A stretch of 64,000 nt of DNA from Octopus vulgaris (Eukaryota). Each line of letters opens with the position of its first letter. The stretch's first letter is position 1. Below are positions 48,618-63,030 of the stretch, one piece after another. The notes beneath the pieces are model-generated. The model saw only the letters and a list, made by a program, of their open reading frames with translations. It did no database searches and was not told the DNA's origin. The stretch is taken from contig OX597835.1 of NCBI GenBank assembly GCA_951406725.2, positions 23,064,001 to 23,128,000 on the forward strand, read 5' to 3'. A program made the position numbers and the translations under genes.

Positions 48618-51578
48618 GTGTTTGTGTGTCTGTGTTTGTCCCCCAAACATCGCTTGACAACGGATGCTGGTATGTTTACGTCCCCGTTACTTAGCGGTTC
48701 ACCAAAAGAGACCGATAGAATAAGTACTAGGCTTACAAAGAATAAGTCCTAGGGTCGATTTGCTCGACTAAAAGGTGGTGCTCCAGCATGGCCGCAGTCA
48801 AATGACTGAAACAAGTAAAAGAGTAAAGAGTAAGAGTAAATGTGCCAGACTACTTCTGGGTTAACTTTTTTGGTGGCACAAAAAGTTCAAGGTTGGCAGA
48901 GAGGAAGTGAGAGAAGATGAAAAGTGAGGGAGGGAGGGAGAAAGATGTCAGAACATCAGAGCTGGCTGAGATAAGGAATGTTGCTGTCCTAGAATGGATG
49001 ATGTTACTGTCATTTAGCCCCAGGAAACATTGTTTCCAGCTGGCTATACAACACAATATCTGTGTCCTTATATTTTTGAACAGGGGCTTCAGCACTCCGA
49101 TCCAGCACAAGACAACACCCGTGGACTGGTTTCTGGGTTATTGCTCTTTATCAACGCAGGATAGCTGCTTGGCTGGGTGGCACTGCTGAACTCACAATTT
49201 GAATATAGTTTTCAAAGTGACACACAATCACTGATTTAATAAAATAGAAATACCATTATTTCTAAAATTCACACTTTTCTCGATGAAGACTGGCACAGTG
49301 ATGAATTTAGCATACAGACGACTGTTGTTATCACTAGGCCTAACTCATCATAAAGTCAATACCACCATGACTGATATCCAATCTACAGTGGAGAAGGCCA
49401 GCCACTGGATTTGGTTAAAAAGAGACGATGAGGATATTGAGATCAACTTCATAATCAGCTGATCTAGCAAGTGGGGCCTCATATCAGTGAGGGGGCCAGT
49501 GCGCATTGATGCCGTCGAGAGGTAGGCCCCAAAACGGCGCGCATTCTCTCCTGATGACCCCATACACTTGCTGGCTTCTGGTATATGGAGCTTTTGACTG
49601 GTAGCACTTGCATGTGCAAGTTGTTTGCAAGACATCACCAAGGCTCAGTCTTCAGCCCCCTCCTATTCATCATTGTCCTCTAGGCCATAACAGATACTGG
49701 GCCACACAGACAGAATAAATTTTTAAATTTCATTTGTATTTTATTGACTATCACAGTCTGCAGAGTGTTTTTAGCATTATATGTAGTAATTGAATTATAT
49801 ATTATGCCCTTCATTGTGTTGTGGTATTCATGGAAAGACTGTCTTGCATGAAACTGTCCATGGAGCAAAACATGTGGTGGGTCACTGGTCTACATGCTTT
49901 AAGTTACTTATTTCTTTATTGCCCACAAGGGGCTAAACATAGAGGGGACAAACAAGGTCAGACAAAGGGATTAAGTCGATTACATCAACTCTTGTGCGTA
50001 ATTGGTACTTAATTTATCGACCCTGAAAAGATGAAAAGCAAAGTCGACCTCGGCGGAATTTGAACTCAAAACATAACGGCAGACGAAATACCTATTTCTT
50101 TACTACTCACAAGGGGCTAAACACAGAGAGGACAAACAAGGACAGACAAACGGATTAATTCAATTATATCGACACAAGTGCATAGCTGGTACTTATTTAA
50201 TCGACCCCGAAAGGATGAAAGGCAAAGTCGACCTCGGCGGAATTTGAACTCAAAACGTAACAGTAGACGAAATACTGCTAAGCATTTCGTCCGGCATGCT
50301 AACGTTTCTGCCAGCTCGCCACTTTTAGGTTACTGTGTACAAGGTTACATGCTTTAGGTTACTGTGTACAAGGATCCCAACCTACTGCTCATACTATAAA
50401 ATGGTTTGCTAAGGATCAAAGAAAGTGTAGTGTTGTGAGGTCCCTCTAGTCCTGTCTCACCAAGGATTACTCAATCTCTGCCTTGTTTTGATGCCAAATG
50501 TACTCAGTAGGCGCAGGAGTGGCTGTGTGGTAAGTAGCTTGCTTGCCAACCACATGGTTCCAGGTTCAGTCCCACTGCGTAGCACTTTGGGCAAGTATCT
50601 ACTGCTATAGCCTCGAGCCGACTAAAGCCTTGTGAGTGGATTTGGTAGACGGAAACTGAAAGAAGCCTGTTGTGTATATGTATATATATATATTTGTGTG
50701 TCTGTGTTTGTCCCCCCAACATCGCTTGACAACCGATGCTGGTGTGTTCACATCCCCGTAACTTAGCGGTTCGGCAAAAGAGACCGATAGAATAAGTACT
50801 AGGCTTACAAAGAATAAGCCCTGGGGTCGATTTGCTCGACTAACGAAGGCGGTGCTCCAGCATGGCCGCAGTCAAATGACTGAAACAAGTAAAAGAGTAA
50901 ACAGAGAGTAGTCTGTGGAAAGGTTGATGGTAGGAAGAACATCCAGTTGTAGAAACCAAGTGACACAAATTCATTCACAAGGTTTGGTGGCAAACCTAAG
51001 ACTAAGACACTTGCCTAAGGTGTCACTTGGAGACTGGACCTAGAATCACGTGGTTGCAAAGTGGACCTTTCAACCACACAACCTTGGCTTAAGTGTGTAA
51101 AAGTTTGTTTAAAGTAAGGGGAGAGGGAGGGGGAGAAACCAGAGTTTGTTTGGATTGTGGGAGTGAGAGAGAGAGAGACAGACAGACAGACGGATGCGAA
51201 GTTATACACAAAAGGAATAGAGGGAAATTTGGGGAATGAGAGAAAGAGAGAGAGGGAGGTATAAGAAGGGGGAGAAAGAGAGAGAGAGAAAGAAAGAGTA
51301 AGAGACAATGAGGACAATAAGCACAAAGAGGGGGAGGAGGAGGGAAATTTGGGGAATGAGAGAAAGAGAGAGAGGGAGGGATAAGGAGAGAGAGAGAGAG
51401 AGAGAGAAGAAAGAGTAAGAGACAATGAGGACAATAAGCACAACGAAGATGAGGAGGATTATACACACATGCACACACATATACGTGCACTAATATACAT
51501 ACATGTACAAACACACACATTTACATACGCATATAAAAGTTAAAATCTTTTAGTACTTTTTTTTTGTTGTTTTTTTAC

Positions 51579-51690
51579 CTTTTTGTGTTTTGTCTTCCAT
51601 CACATTCTGTGCATGAAGCCTTTGGTCTAAGATGTACATCATTTCTCCTCCAAGATTTAAAATCAGGGCCGGCAGAGTACGCAACGACAT
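51579..51690 (-). CDS. OSCP1: OSCP1 exon 1
   Basis: MSLRTLPALILNLGGEMMYILDQRLHAQNVMEDKTQK-G/gtaaaa; close to the known OSCP1 N-terminus (NLGGEMLYILDQRL); 112 nt, phase 1. Confidence 0.95.
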
Positions 51691-51843
51691 TGTTTTGCCT
51701 CTTCTCTAATCCTCTGGACTTACAGTTTTTTTTTGTCTTCGACAAGTTTTTAAACTTTTTCCTAGCGCTCTCTCTCTCTCTCTTTCTATCTATCTATCTA
51801 TCTATAGCTCTCTCTCTGTCTCTCTCTATCTATCTATCTATAG

Positions 51844-51886
<43 letters not shown>

Positions 51887-52140
51887 GCTCTCTCTCTCTC
51901 TCTCCGATATTATAGATATATACGTACGTATGTATTATATTTGTGTATATGTAGTTTGCGTGTATTTGTTTGTGTGTACGTGTTCTGTAAGTAAACCAAG
52001 TTTCTATTTGCTAAAATGTTGGGCTGTTCCAACAGACAGCTAAGTATGAAATGTCTCCCAAATTCCAAACAACTTCGTTATGTTTGTCAATATTGTGTTT
52101 TTGCCTTCTTTTTAAAGTTCAGAGAGAAGCTTCCTCACGC

Positions 52141-52174
52141 TTTGCCTAGCAACTGGGACAAACTGTTGCTAAAC
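52141..52174. promoter_or_regulatory. RFX X-box-like motifs upstream of OSCP1
   Basis: TTTGCCTAGCAAC (reverse complement GTTGCTAGGCAAA) plus a GTTGCTAAAC half-site about 450 bp upstream of the ATG. Confidence 0.55.
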
Positions 52175-52736
52175 GGTCGTCACACGAATGTAGCTCTGAC
52201 CACTGTTACACGGGTCCTCATGTGGATTACACGCCTCTATGTGGTCACAGAATGTGCTAGAAATAGCAGCTACGCCACTCCCAAATCCCTACATTTATAA
52301 AAAAATTAAAAAAAAGAACAGGAAGTTCTCGATACACCTAAAAAAACCGGATAGCCATGGCGGGAACGTCTTTGATCACACACCAGAGTCTACGTGGAAC
52401 TAAACAGAACCACAGCGGGATTGTCTCACCTGCGTGGTTTTTTGACCTGCTAGAAATAGAAGCCTAATCTCCCTCAAACCACAATCTACAATCTTTGAAG
52501 AAACACATTTAATGATGTAGTCCGAGATACACAACGACTAGGAAAATGACGGGAAAACTTGCGGCGTATGTGCCTTTGATGGATCTTGTTTTATCATCGT
52601 CCTTTAAAAATGTTTATACATTAGAGGAATGTTCGAACACGACATTCTTACTGTGACCATCACGTCTTCCGATCAGGTTGAATTAGAACAACAGTAGCAA
52701 TAGTAAAAGCAAATACGTATAAACTACACATACATG

Positions 52737-52780
<44 letters not shown>

Positions 52781-54415
52781 TTCTCTGTCATAAACACAGA
52801 CACTATGAACAGTTCCGTTCACATTGAGAAGTTGGGTGCAGTTTTATTCTTGGATTACATTGTTTATAATAGGTTTTTCTTTAATAGCATCCAGGGAAAC
52901 TGTTTCCATGGGAGCCTGTGCGTGACTGTATTTGTGATTGATGTGTGGGTGTGGGTGTGTGTGTGTGTATTGATCAGCTCTGGTTCATAATAAATACAAA
53001 ACAGTACTCAACGATATGACAATAGTAAGGATGCATAATACAATTTAACGATAATAGCTTTCTAACAAATGCTGCTACATGACTCCGAGTTTCGTGTAAG
53101 ATTCATAGGCATTTTTTTTTTCATCTGGCTTGTTCTGAGAACAACTTTCTCCCTTAAATCTGAGATCTTAAAAAGGGCCGTGGGTGTTGTCTGTGAGTAT
53201 ATAGTGACGCCGTCCATTCTGGAATTGTTTTCTGTCGGTGATACAACCTGGTTAAAGCACCTTCCCATCTCACTTCTTCTACACACATTCCCATTATCAT
53301 CATTTAACGTCTGTTTTTCTATGCTGGCATGGATGGGACGGTTTTATAGGATCTGGCAAGCTGCAGGGCTGCATTGAGCTCCAATGTCATCTGTGGTATT
53401 ACCTCTACAGCAGGATGCCCTTCTTAACACCAACCACTTTACAGTATGTACTGGGTGCTTTTTTTTTTTTTAAGCCAACGACACTGGTGAGGTCGTCAAG
53501 TCATTTACAAGACATGAAAATAACAGGTAAAAAGAAAAACCTGGCCACACTATCTCAATAGACCTACCTGCTGTTGTGATGATGCTTGTCAATTGCTGCT
53601 GATATTAAAACAGGAGAAACTGTTTCTATATTTCTGAATTAAATTTTTATATATTTCATATAAACAATAACATGTACAAGTTTTACAAGCACCAATCTAG
53701 AACAGAAAACATAGCTAAAGTGAGACATTGTTAGTATAACCCTTCAGAATTGAGATTACGCTGTCAAAAAGTGTGAAGGCACATGGCTCAGTGGTTAGAG
53801 CATCAGGCTCACAATCATGAGGTAGTGAGTTCGATTCCTGGACCGGGCTGTGTGTTGTATTCTTGAGCAAGACACTTTATTTCACGTTGCTTCTGTTCAC
53901 TCAGCTGTAGGACTGAGCTGCAATGCCACTGGTACCAAGCTGGTGTGGAGAGGAGAGTCTGGTATGCATTGGCAACTGCTGGTCTTCCATAAACAACCTT
54001 GCCTGGACCAGGCTATGTTGTGTTCTTGAGCAAGACACTTTATTTTCATGCTGCTCCAGTACATTCAGCTGCAGAAACAAGATACATCACTGGTGCCAAG
54101 CTGTATCAGCCTTTGCCTTTCCCTTGGATAACATCGGTGGCATGGAGAGCGGAGACTGGTATGCATGTGCAACTACTGGTCTTCCGAGGTGCAAATCCCA
54201 TGGTCATTGTGACCAAAGAGAGTCTTTAAAAAACATTTTTATCATGCCAAACCATTAATCCCTACACCTTTTTTTTCTCTCTCCATTTTTTTTGCCTGTC
54301 AATCCTTTCTGTCAAAGAGAGTAGGCTCAAAACATCAAAGACTTTTCCATTCTTCCTAAACTAATACACCTGCTTGCTGTTCTTTCACCTGTCATTTGTT
54401 TTCTGTAAATTTGAA

Positions 54416-54451
<36 letters not shown>

Positions 54452-55180
54452 TACCTTAACCCTTTAGTGTTTAAACCGGCCATATCCGGCTAAAATATTT
54501 TACCTATTTTATGTTCAAACTAGTCAGATATAGTCATTCATGGCTATTTTATTGTATCATTTTAAAAATAAAGAATCACATCATTGAAATCTCAAAGCCA
54601 TGAAATGATACAAGATTAATTTTACATGGTGTGAATACACAAGCGTTACATTTTACAGAATAATCTGAATGCTAAAGGGTTAATATGCCTTTAAACTGTG
54701 CATATCTAACCCAGACGTTCTACCTGTTTTATATACAAACTTGTCAGGTCTGGCCTCTTATACCTACCCTACAATGTCATTCTAACAATAAACAGCCACA
54801 TCATCAAATTCTCAAAGCCACAAAATAATCCATGATTAACTCAAACCAACGTGAGCTAATAAGCATTACGTTTGACAGAGTAATCAGAAAGTTTAAGGAT
54901 TAAAGGGTTTAACTGAACAAAAGGACCCCAGTACTTTCTTTTTAAGTCTGATACTTATTCTATGAATCTTCTTTTGCTGAACTGCTAAGTTGCAAGGATG
55001 TAAATATACCAACATAGATGGTCAAGTTGCCATGACGGACAAACACAAATACACACATACAAAAAGAGACAGATAGGATAAGTAACAGATTTTTGAAAAA
55101 AAATTAAGTATTGGAAGTTGGTTTGTTCAAGTAGACCCTTGAATGTGATGGCCACAGTTCAATAATTGTAACAAAGGAAA

Positions 55181-55506
55181 TCTATATATATAAAACTCAA
55201 CTTGTGTGCATCTGTGTGTTTAACTTCCCGGCACATCTCCTCCTAGCCAACAAATCGTAGAACCACCAAAAATGGGTCACTTAAAGTTTAGGCGAATGAA
55301 AATTGAACTGCGCTATTTCTGTTCCGAAATTCATCTCGCAAGTGCAAAAATCGATAATGTGTTTGTTTAGGCCTTATCCCATGCATTGAATAGTGAACTT
55401 TACTCAGTCAGCTGTTTGACCTGAACTGTGTTCACCACGCGTGCAAGCATGCGTAAATTGCATGAAAAATAAAAAATCAAGATATAAGAACGGGCAATAC
55501 TGCTAG
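55181..55506 (+). mobile_element. Non-autonomous Helitron
   Basis: A|TCTATATATAT...ACGGGCAATACTGCTAG|T. Confidence 0.68.
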
Positions 55507-55932
55507 TAATATACAAAGAAACACAGTTATTATGTTTATAGAAGTCTTTATTATACAACATTTACATGGATTTTGGTTTTTATTTGAAAATATAATAATA
55601 TATTACAAGTTAATCATTAGAAATCATCAGTCAAGTAGATAGCTGCAATCAGATTTGTTGGAGACCACATAGGAACAACAACAATAACAACAATAATAAT
55701 AATAATAATGATAATGATTCTTTCTACTGAAAGCACAAAGGCCTGAAATTTGTGGCGGGGGACTAAGTCGATTACATCAACCCCAGTGTTCAACTGGTAC
55801 TTATTTCATCGACCCCGAAAGGCTGAAAGGCAAAGTCAACCTCTGCAGGATTTGAACTCAGAACGTAAAGATGGACGAAATACCACTAAGCATTTTTTCC
55901 GGTGTGCTAACAATTCTGCCAGTTCGCTACCC

Positions 55933-55966
<34 letters not shown>

Positions 55967-56179
55967 CCTTTCTACTAAAGGCACAAGGCCTGAAATTTGC
56001 GGGGAAGGGTCTAATCGATTACATCGACCCCAGTATTTCACTGGTACTTAATTTATCGACCTCGTAAGGATGAAAGTCAAAGTCGACCTCGGCGGAATTT
56101 GAACTCAGAATGTATCGACAGACAAAATACCACTAAGCATTTTGCCTGGTGTGCTAACGATTCTACCAGTTCGTCGCCT

Positions 56180-56217
<38 letters not shown>

Positions 56218-56679
56218 CTTTTCTATTATAGGCACAAGGACTGAAATTTGGTGGGACGGGGCTAATTGATAATATTGACCCCAAAAGGATGAAATAATAA
56301 TAATAATAATAATAATAGTGGTTTCAAATTTTGGCACAAGGCCAGCAATTTCTGGGAAGATGATAAGTTGATTAGATCAATCCCCATTGCTCGACTGGTA
56401 TTTATTTTATTAATCCCAAAAGGATGAAATACAAAAGTCAATCCTGGTGGCATCTGGACTCAATGTGAAGTCAGAAGAAATGAAGCTAAGCATTTTTCCC
56501 CGATCTGGTAACAATTCTGCCAACTTGCTGCCTTTTTTGGGTTTTTTTCCTCTCTAGTTTCAGCTCAGAGTTGTGGCCATGCTGATGCACCGCCATTTTG
56601 CTACACTGTTATTACTGAGAGCCTCCTCTAATATGTGGCACTTGGTGAAGAATGGAGTTTGATGTAGCTACCCTCATTT

Positions 56680-56992
56680 TACACCTCTTGCTGTAAAGTA
56701 GATTCATCTGGGACTCTTGACAGGGAGAGGTCCAGCTTTGATTTAAAAACACCTACATCTACCCTGTGCAGGTTCCTTAGGCTCTTTGGGAGAATATTAA
56801 AAAGCTGTGTGCCCCTGAAACCTAGACTGTTGCAGTAACTGGTCCTGAAGTGCGATGGCATTGCTGGGATCTTTGGCACTATGCAGTATCGTCCCATTCT
56901 GGTATTGGTGTAGTTTTCAATGCCAAAATTTGGCACAATTCCTTCCAGGATCTTCCAGATATATATTACTGCATACCTCTCCCTTGATGACC
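56680..56992 (-). mobile_element. CR1-like LINE 3' remnant
   Basis: RERYAVIYIWKILEGIVPN..NSLGFRGTQLFNILPKSLRN..FKSKLD. Confidence 0.8.
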
Positions 56993-57039
<47 letters not shown>

Positions 57040-57495
57040 CCTTTGTACTGGAAGTACGAGGCCTCAAATTTGGGGGAAGGGATTAAGTCGATTACATCGA
57101 CTCCAGTGCATAACTGGTACTTATTTAATCGACCCCAAAAGGATGAAAGGCAAAGTTGACCTTGGCAGAAATTGAACTCAGAACATAGCAGCAGATGAAA
57201 TACTGCCAAGCATTTCGCCTGGTGTGCTAATGATTCTGCCAGCTCACTGCCAAATGATAATAATAATAATAATAATGGTTTCAAATTTTGCCACAAGGGC
57301 AGTAATTTTTGAGGAGGAGATGAGTCGATTTACATTGACCCCCAGTGCGTAACTGGTACTTATTTTATTGACTCTGAAGGGATGAAAGGCAAAGTCGACC
57401 TTGGCAGAATTTGAACTCTGAACGTAGTGGCAGACGAAATATCGCCAAGCACTAACGATTCTGTGCACTAACGATTCTGCCAGCTCACTGCCTTG

Positions 57496-57593
<98 letters not shown>

Positions 57594-58094
57594 CTCAGGA
57601 AAATAGTACTAAACATTTTGGCTCAAACTCTACAAAAGTTCTTGTCCTTGTAATATATTCTGTCTATATTCGTGTCTTATCACATGAATCAAGAATGAGA
57701 ACCCAACAGGACTGGAAACATTTACATTATAATGCCTGCCCCAGGTTACTGGTGGTTGTTTGGCAGGTATTCATTATCTAGTTGACATCGAAGGGAAAAT
57801 ATGAATAATATCTATTTTTTATTTAACACATTTGTTTAGCCTTCAACATCTCTGTTAACTTTGAACAAATTTGCTAATTTTAAACAAATGTGTTAAATTT
57901 GAACATTTTTGCTAATATCTTTTGTATATCTTGAACACTTAAATGCATGTTCTCCAGGATGAACTTAATTCTTCTTTTGTGAAAGGAAACTTGATGCAAA
58001 AAAAAAATAATAATAATGGTTCTTCCTCTGTGCAAAGCAGAGGAGTACCATAGCGAACGGTGATTATCTGAGGTGTGGCTATTGCTAGTTGAAA

Positions 58095-58590
58095 TAATAA
58101 TATTAATACAAGAGAAGGTACGACAAGGTCACCAGAATAATCCACTGGGAACTATGTAACAAATTTGGTGTGGGAAAAGGAAGAAAACAGGATGATCTTG
58201 AGTTACAGGGTGCAGTAGAAAATGACAGGATTAAGATCCTTTGGGACTTAATGATCCAATGTGATCAAAAAGTCAAACATCAAAAACCTGATATTGTACT
58301 GACAGACAAGGAAGAAAAGTCATGCCTGATAATAGATATTGCTTGTTCTGGTGACAGCAGAATCATTGAAAAAGAAGTTGTTAAACTGATGCAATATGAA
58401 ATTCCGAGGAGAGAAATCAAAACACTGTGGTCAATGAAAAAAGTGTATATTGTCCCAATAATTGTTGGTGCCAAAGGTACAGTGAGTAAAACAATTTTTT
58501 TAATTGGTTGTAAATATTAGGAATAAAAAGGAAAACAGAACAGCATTTGTTGGTAGTGCAAGGGGTCTCTGCAAAGTCTTTGAGACTTGA
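58095..58590 (+). mobile_element. R4/Dong-like RLE non-LTR retrotransposon remnant
   Basis: Frameshifted RR.DKV..IIHWELC; LWDLMIQCD, KPDIVL, IIDIACSGD, VPIIVGAKG (PD-D/ExK RLE domain). Confidence 0.8.
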
Positions 58591-58989
58591 AATGAAAGTA
58601 TGACCTTACTTCATGAGAAGTGGTCAGCTGGTACAATAATGACATCTCCAGCAACAAGCTGAGTATGTTAGATATCATAATAATAATAATAATAAATATA
58701 ATAATAATAATAATAATAATGATGATAATAAAAGCTGTTCTTGTGGGTACTGCCCATATCCTAAGAAAAGCACTGTTAAGCAGAAAATACCTAATTCTCT
58801 TAAAGCTTTTTTCAAAATGGAAAAAGATTTAACAGATTCTTAGTTCTCAGATTCTGGTCTCCCTCGCCTGCAATAAATATACCATTGCTAATCATAAATA
58901 ATATCCATAGTAAACATCCAAGTTGCTGTTGCTTGAGTTCTTTGGAAGAAACCCATATCAGCTCATCTAAAACAATGCAACAACAATGA

Positions 58990-59032
<43 letters not shown>

Positions 59033-62000
59033 GTGATTTCAAATTTTGGCACAAGACCAGCAATTTTGGGAGATGGGATAAATTGATTACATCAACTCCA
59101 GTGTTCAACTGGCACTTATTTTACTGATCCCTGAAAGGATGAAAGGCAAAGTTGACCTCAGCAGAATTTGAACTCAGAATGTAAGGATGGACAAAATGCC
59201 ACTAAGTATTTTGCCTGGCATGATAATGATTCTGTCAGCTTGCCACCTTGATAATAATCTTCTATTATAAAAGCTGATCTCCATCACAACATATATGCAG
59301 AAAAAGAGAAGGGGAGGTTCAAAATAGGAGATAACCTCTGTTGCAACATATATGTAGAAGAAAAAGGGAGGAGAAAAGTTGTTGATGATGAGAGAGAAAT
59401 ACAGTGAGAGAGAGTGTAAGAGATAGATAGATAGGTAGTGTTGTCACCATAGTAACTAACAAGTTTTGATTAAAAATGCAAGAATTTTAAGTGCAAGTGT
59501 GTCAACACAATGCAACACAGACTCCAAAAAGAAGACTCTCACTATATAACAGTCTCCAATTAATTGGCTATACTATAGAAGGTCGTGACATTTGTCCACC
59601 ACACTTATATGTATATATATATATAATATGTAAAGTTACTTTTTTGATTGTTTGTGTGTGTTTCCGTATGTTTTTCAACATATAGACAGTGCAATACAAA
59701 CTGTAAAAAAAGACTTTCACTTTGAACAATGAAGGTACAAGCATGATTAATAAATATTTTTACTGGCAGCATAGCAATGGATAATAATAATAATAACAAT
59801 AATAATATTTATTATTATTTCTAATCTAGGCACAAGGCCTTGAAAATTTTGTGGGGGAAGGGGGCTAGTCGATTACATCGACCCCAGTGTGTAACTGGTA
59901 CTTATTTTATCAACCCCGAAAGGATGAAAAGCAAAGTCGACCTCAGCAGAATTTGAACTCAGAACGTAGTGGCAGACAAAATATTGCTAAGCATTTCACC
60001 CAACGTGCTACTGATTCTGCCAGCTCACCACCTTAATAATAATAACAACCAGTACCCATGGAAATTCTACAGTAAATACAACATTTTTTAGATAGTTGTA
60101 AGTTTATATAGAGCCATAAAAATCAGTGTTCTTTTACAAATTGTATATTCTGCATTATTTTCATCTAAAAAACACCTTTCAGTTCTTCTGATAAGGGCTG
60201 TAATTGAGGGAGCATGACTTTCCCATTCTCTCAACAGTTCATTTATAACTTCTAAGAGCTTCCCAGTGATTACAGAGAATAACTTTCAACCATATGTTTA
60301 CATTTTTTTTTTTTTACTTTCTCTTTCAATTTCATCTTGTATTCAATCTTGAATATGTTCCCTTGTCTGTTGTAAATACTCACTCTATACTCTTTGATTC
60401 ATATTTTCTGTTCTACACATAGGATGCTCCCATGTTTTTTCCAGTGATTCAACCCCTTGCTTTTCTCATTGCATATACCATCCCAATCTTTCTTTTGTTA
60501 GCTTACATCATCTATCATCCATATTTTATAAACAAATATCAATTTTCAAGTGAGATGATAAATAATTGCGCTTATGTGCATGCATTAAATGATAGGTAAT
60601 AGAAAAAATTTATATAAATTTTTTAAAAACCACACTTTTCACTATTTGCTCACCACTTCCAACACCATCACCACCATTATAGTTTTCAGTAACAATGCTC
60701 GGTCTAACTTGTTTACCAACCAAGATTATTTCATTTCATTTCAGTTCAATTTATATCTTCTTTTCTTGCGGTCGATACAAAGTTTGAACAACAAATTTTA
60801 AGAAAATAACATCCACAGTTATTTTGCTAAGTTATTTCACTTTCATTGAAAAATCTATCTTTCTGTCTATGATAAATTTATTACCATACCTAATGTAAGC
60901 CTTCCTTTTTCCATCCAGCCATTGACGTATTTGTCAATGTAGATACATAGATCAACAGATTGAAGAAATAAAAAAATCGAATATTAAAGTGTTTTTTCTT
61001 GTCAATCACAATAATATATGATGTATAAAATTTCCTTCTGCTAAGCAATTTATATTTCTCTCTACTTCTAACTTCAACAAACATTTTAACCATCTCATTC
61101 CCCTCTTCACCTCATTATCATTTCTCTCTTTCACTTCACCTTTTACTTCCACTGAGCACATGACAGCTTCATGCATCAGCTGATGCCCATAATGCCTTCT
61201 GCTAAATATTGTATTTCTAACTCTCTTTCTCTGTATCACTCCCTTCAACTAACTTTTTAACCATAAGTATTACATCCCCACCTACCTCACATCTCTTTTC
61301 CTCTTTACCTTTCCCTTCAACTAATCATGTGATATGATGCATTTCAGCCGAAGCATTTTATAGATACTCTCTCTCCATTTACCTTTCTTTAACCTCGCTC
61401 CTTTGCTAAACAGTCTATTTCTCACTCTCTTTCTTTATATCACTCACTTCAACTAACTTTTTAATCATGTAATAACTATTACCTTCGCTCTACCTCACAT
61501 TGTCAACACTTCCCTCTCGCGTTTCACCTTTCCCTTCAACTAATCCTGTAACAGCATATAGCATTTCGGCCGTAGCATATTAATGTATAGATTCTTTTTA
61601 CTATAGACACAAGGTCTGAAATTTGAGGGAGGGTTTAGTCAATTACCTCAACTCAAGTGCTCAACTGGTACTTATTTCATCAACCCTGAAAGGATGAAAA
61701 ACGAAGTCAACCCCCGTTGGGGGTTAATGTAATTGATTTTTCCCTCCCCTCAAAATTGCTGACCAAACTTAGAAAGAATATTACTCAGGAACAAGTAGGA
61801 CCTGAGTGATATTTGGGGCCTTTTCCCTATGATGTTAGTAATATAACAAATTGTTCCAACTTAAAATTGAGGCCAGGTCCTGTAGTCAACTTATCAAGGA
61901 GCTCACCACTGCAATCCAGTGTCTGTCAACAGGAATGTAGTTTCTGATTAAAGAATATATATATTTCTTTTGTAACTACCACTCTCAATAAACTGAAAGA

Positions 62001-62049
62001 CAAACTACTTATCTGAAAGGGAAGTAATTCTTCAAATAAATTCTGAAAC

Positions 62050-63030
62050 AGGGTTGAGGTGAAGTCTTCAGTAGCAGCACATATCATCAGTCAGTACAAA
62101 CCTTTGTCCTCTTCCTCCATGAGAAGCAACATTTTCAGGTCACCCTTCATCACAAGTTCTCCTTGGTTCCACTCTTCTGCAGGTTCCACTAACTTGGCAT
62201 GCCTGGCACTTTTGTATGCAGCAGTCATTCTCCATACACATCAAATGCCTGTACTAGAACAGCCTCTTCTCTTGCATAATACACCAGATTCTTTTTATAC
62301 CCTGTTTTTCTCTCAACTCATTTGTGATCTAGCATACACATCCACTGGAGCATGTAAACTTCATTTTCCACTCACCTTCTGCATTCAAGACCCAGGTCTT
62401 GCTACCATGCAGCTTTGCAGTTCTAACAGAGGCATCCTACAATCTGCCCTTCACTCTGAATGAAAAAGAAAAAAACCTTTGTTGCCAGCAGTGGTCATAG
62501 CTCCCTCGATTTTTTCCAACACATTCTTACCGTAGCTACTATACTTTCAGAGCTGCCACCACTTAATCATGTCTCCTAAGTAAAAGAAACTCCTAACAAC
62601 TCATAATGAGCCATCTGGGCATTTAAAAGATCCATTTCCACTGTCCATATGAACAGAAGAAGGCTGAGAACTAACCCTTGATGGATCCCTATCTTCACCC
62701 TAAATTGGTTACTGAGATTACTGACTCTTACTTTACATACTGAATCTTTGTATCTGGCTTGCACAGCCCTCACAACCCATTTGTCTAAACCTAAATTCCT
62801 CAGTAACCACCAAATGCTTTCTCCAAGTCAACAAATACCAGGAATAGAAGTTTACTCTTAATCAAGTATTTCTCTTGCAGTTGCCTCACTAAGAAGATTG
62901 TATCTGTTGTATTTCTTTCAGGCACAAAGCCAAACTGCATTTCATTTGTGCTTATGGATCAATCATGCTATAACTCTCCATAACCTTCATGACCTAATCT
63001 AGCAGCTTAATGCCTCAACAATGTCCTCTT
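62050..63030 (-). mobile_element. Degenerate RTE LINE reverse transcriptase fragment
   Basis: VRAVQARYKDSVCKVRV..FRVKIGIHQGLVLSLLLF; frameshifts and stops. Confidence 0.7.

Noticed and set aside
53560-61000. Possible minus-strand exons (donor-like sites near 53568 and 60888, acceptor-like site near 58968)
   Set aside because: No consistent reading frame or recognisable protein; they could be non-coding exons but sequence alone cannot support that
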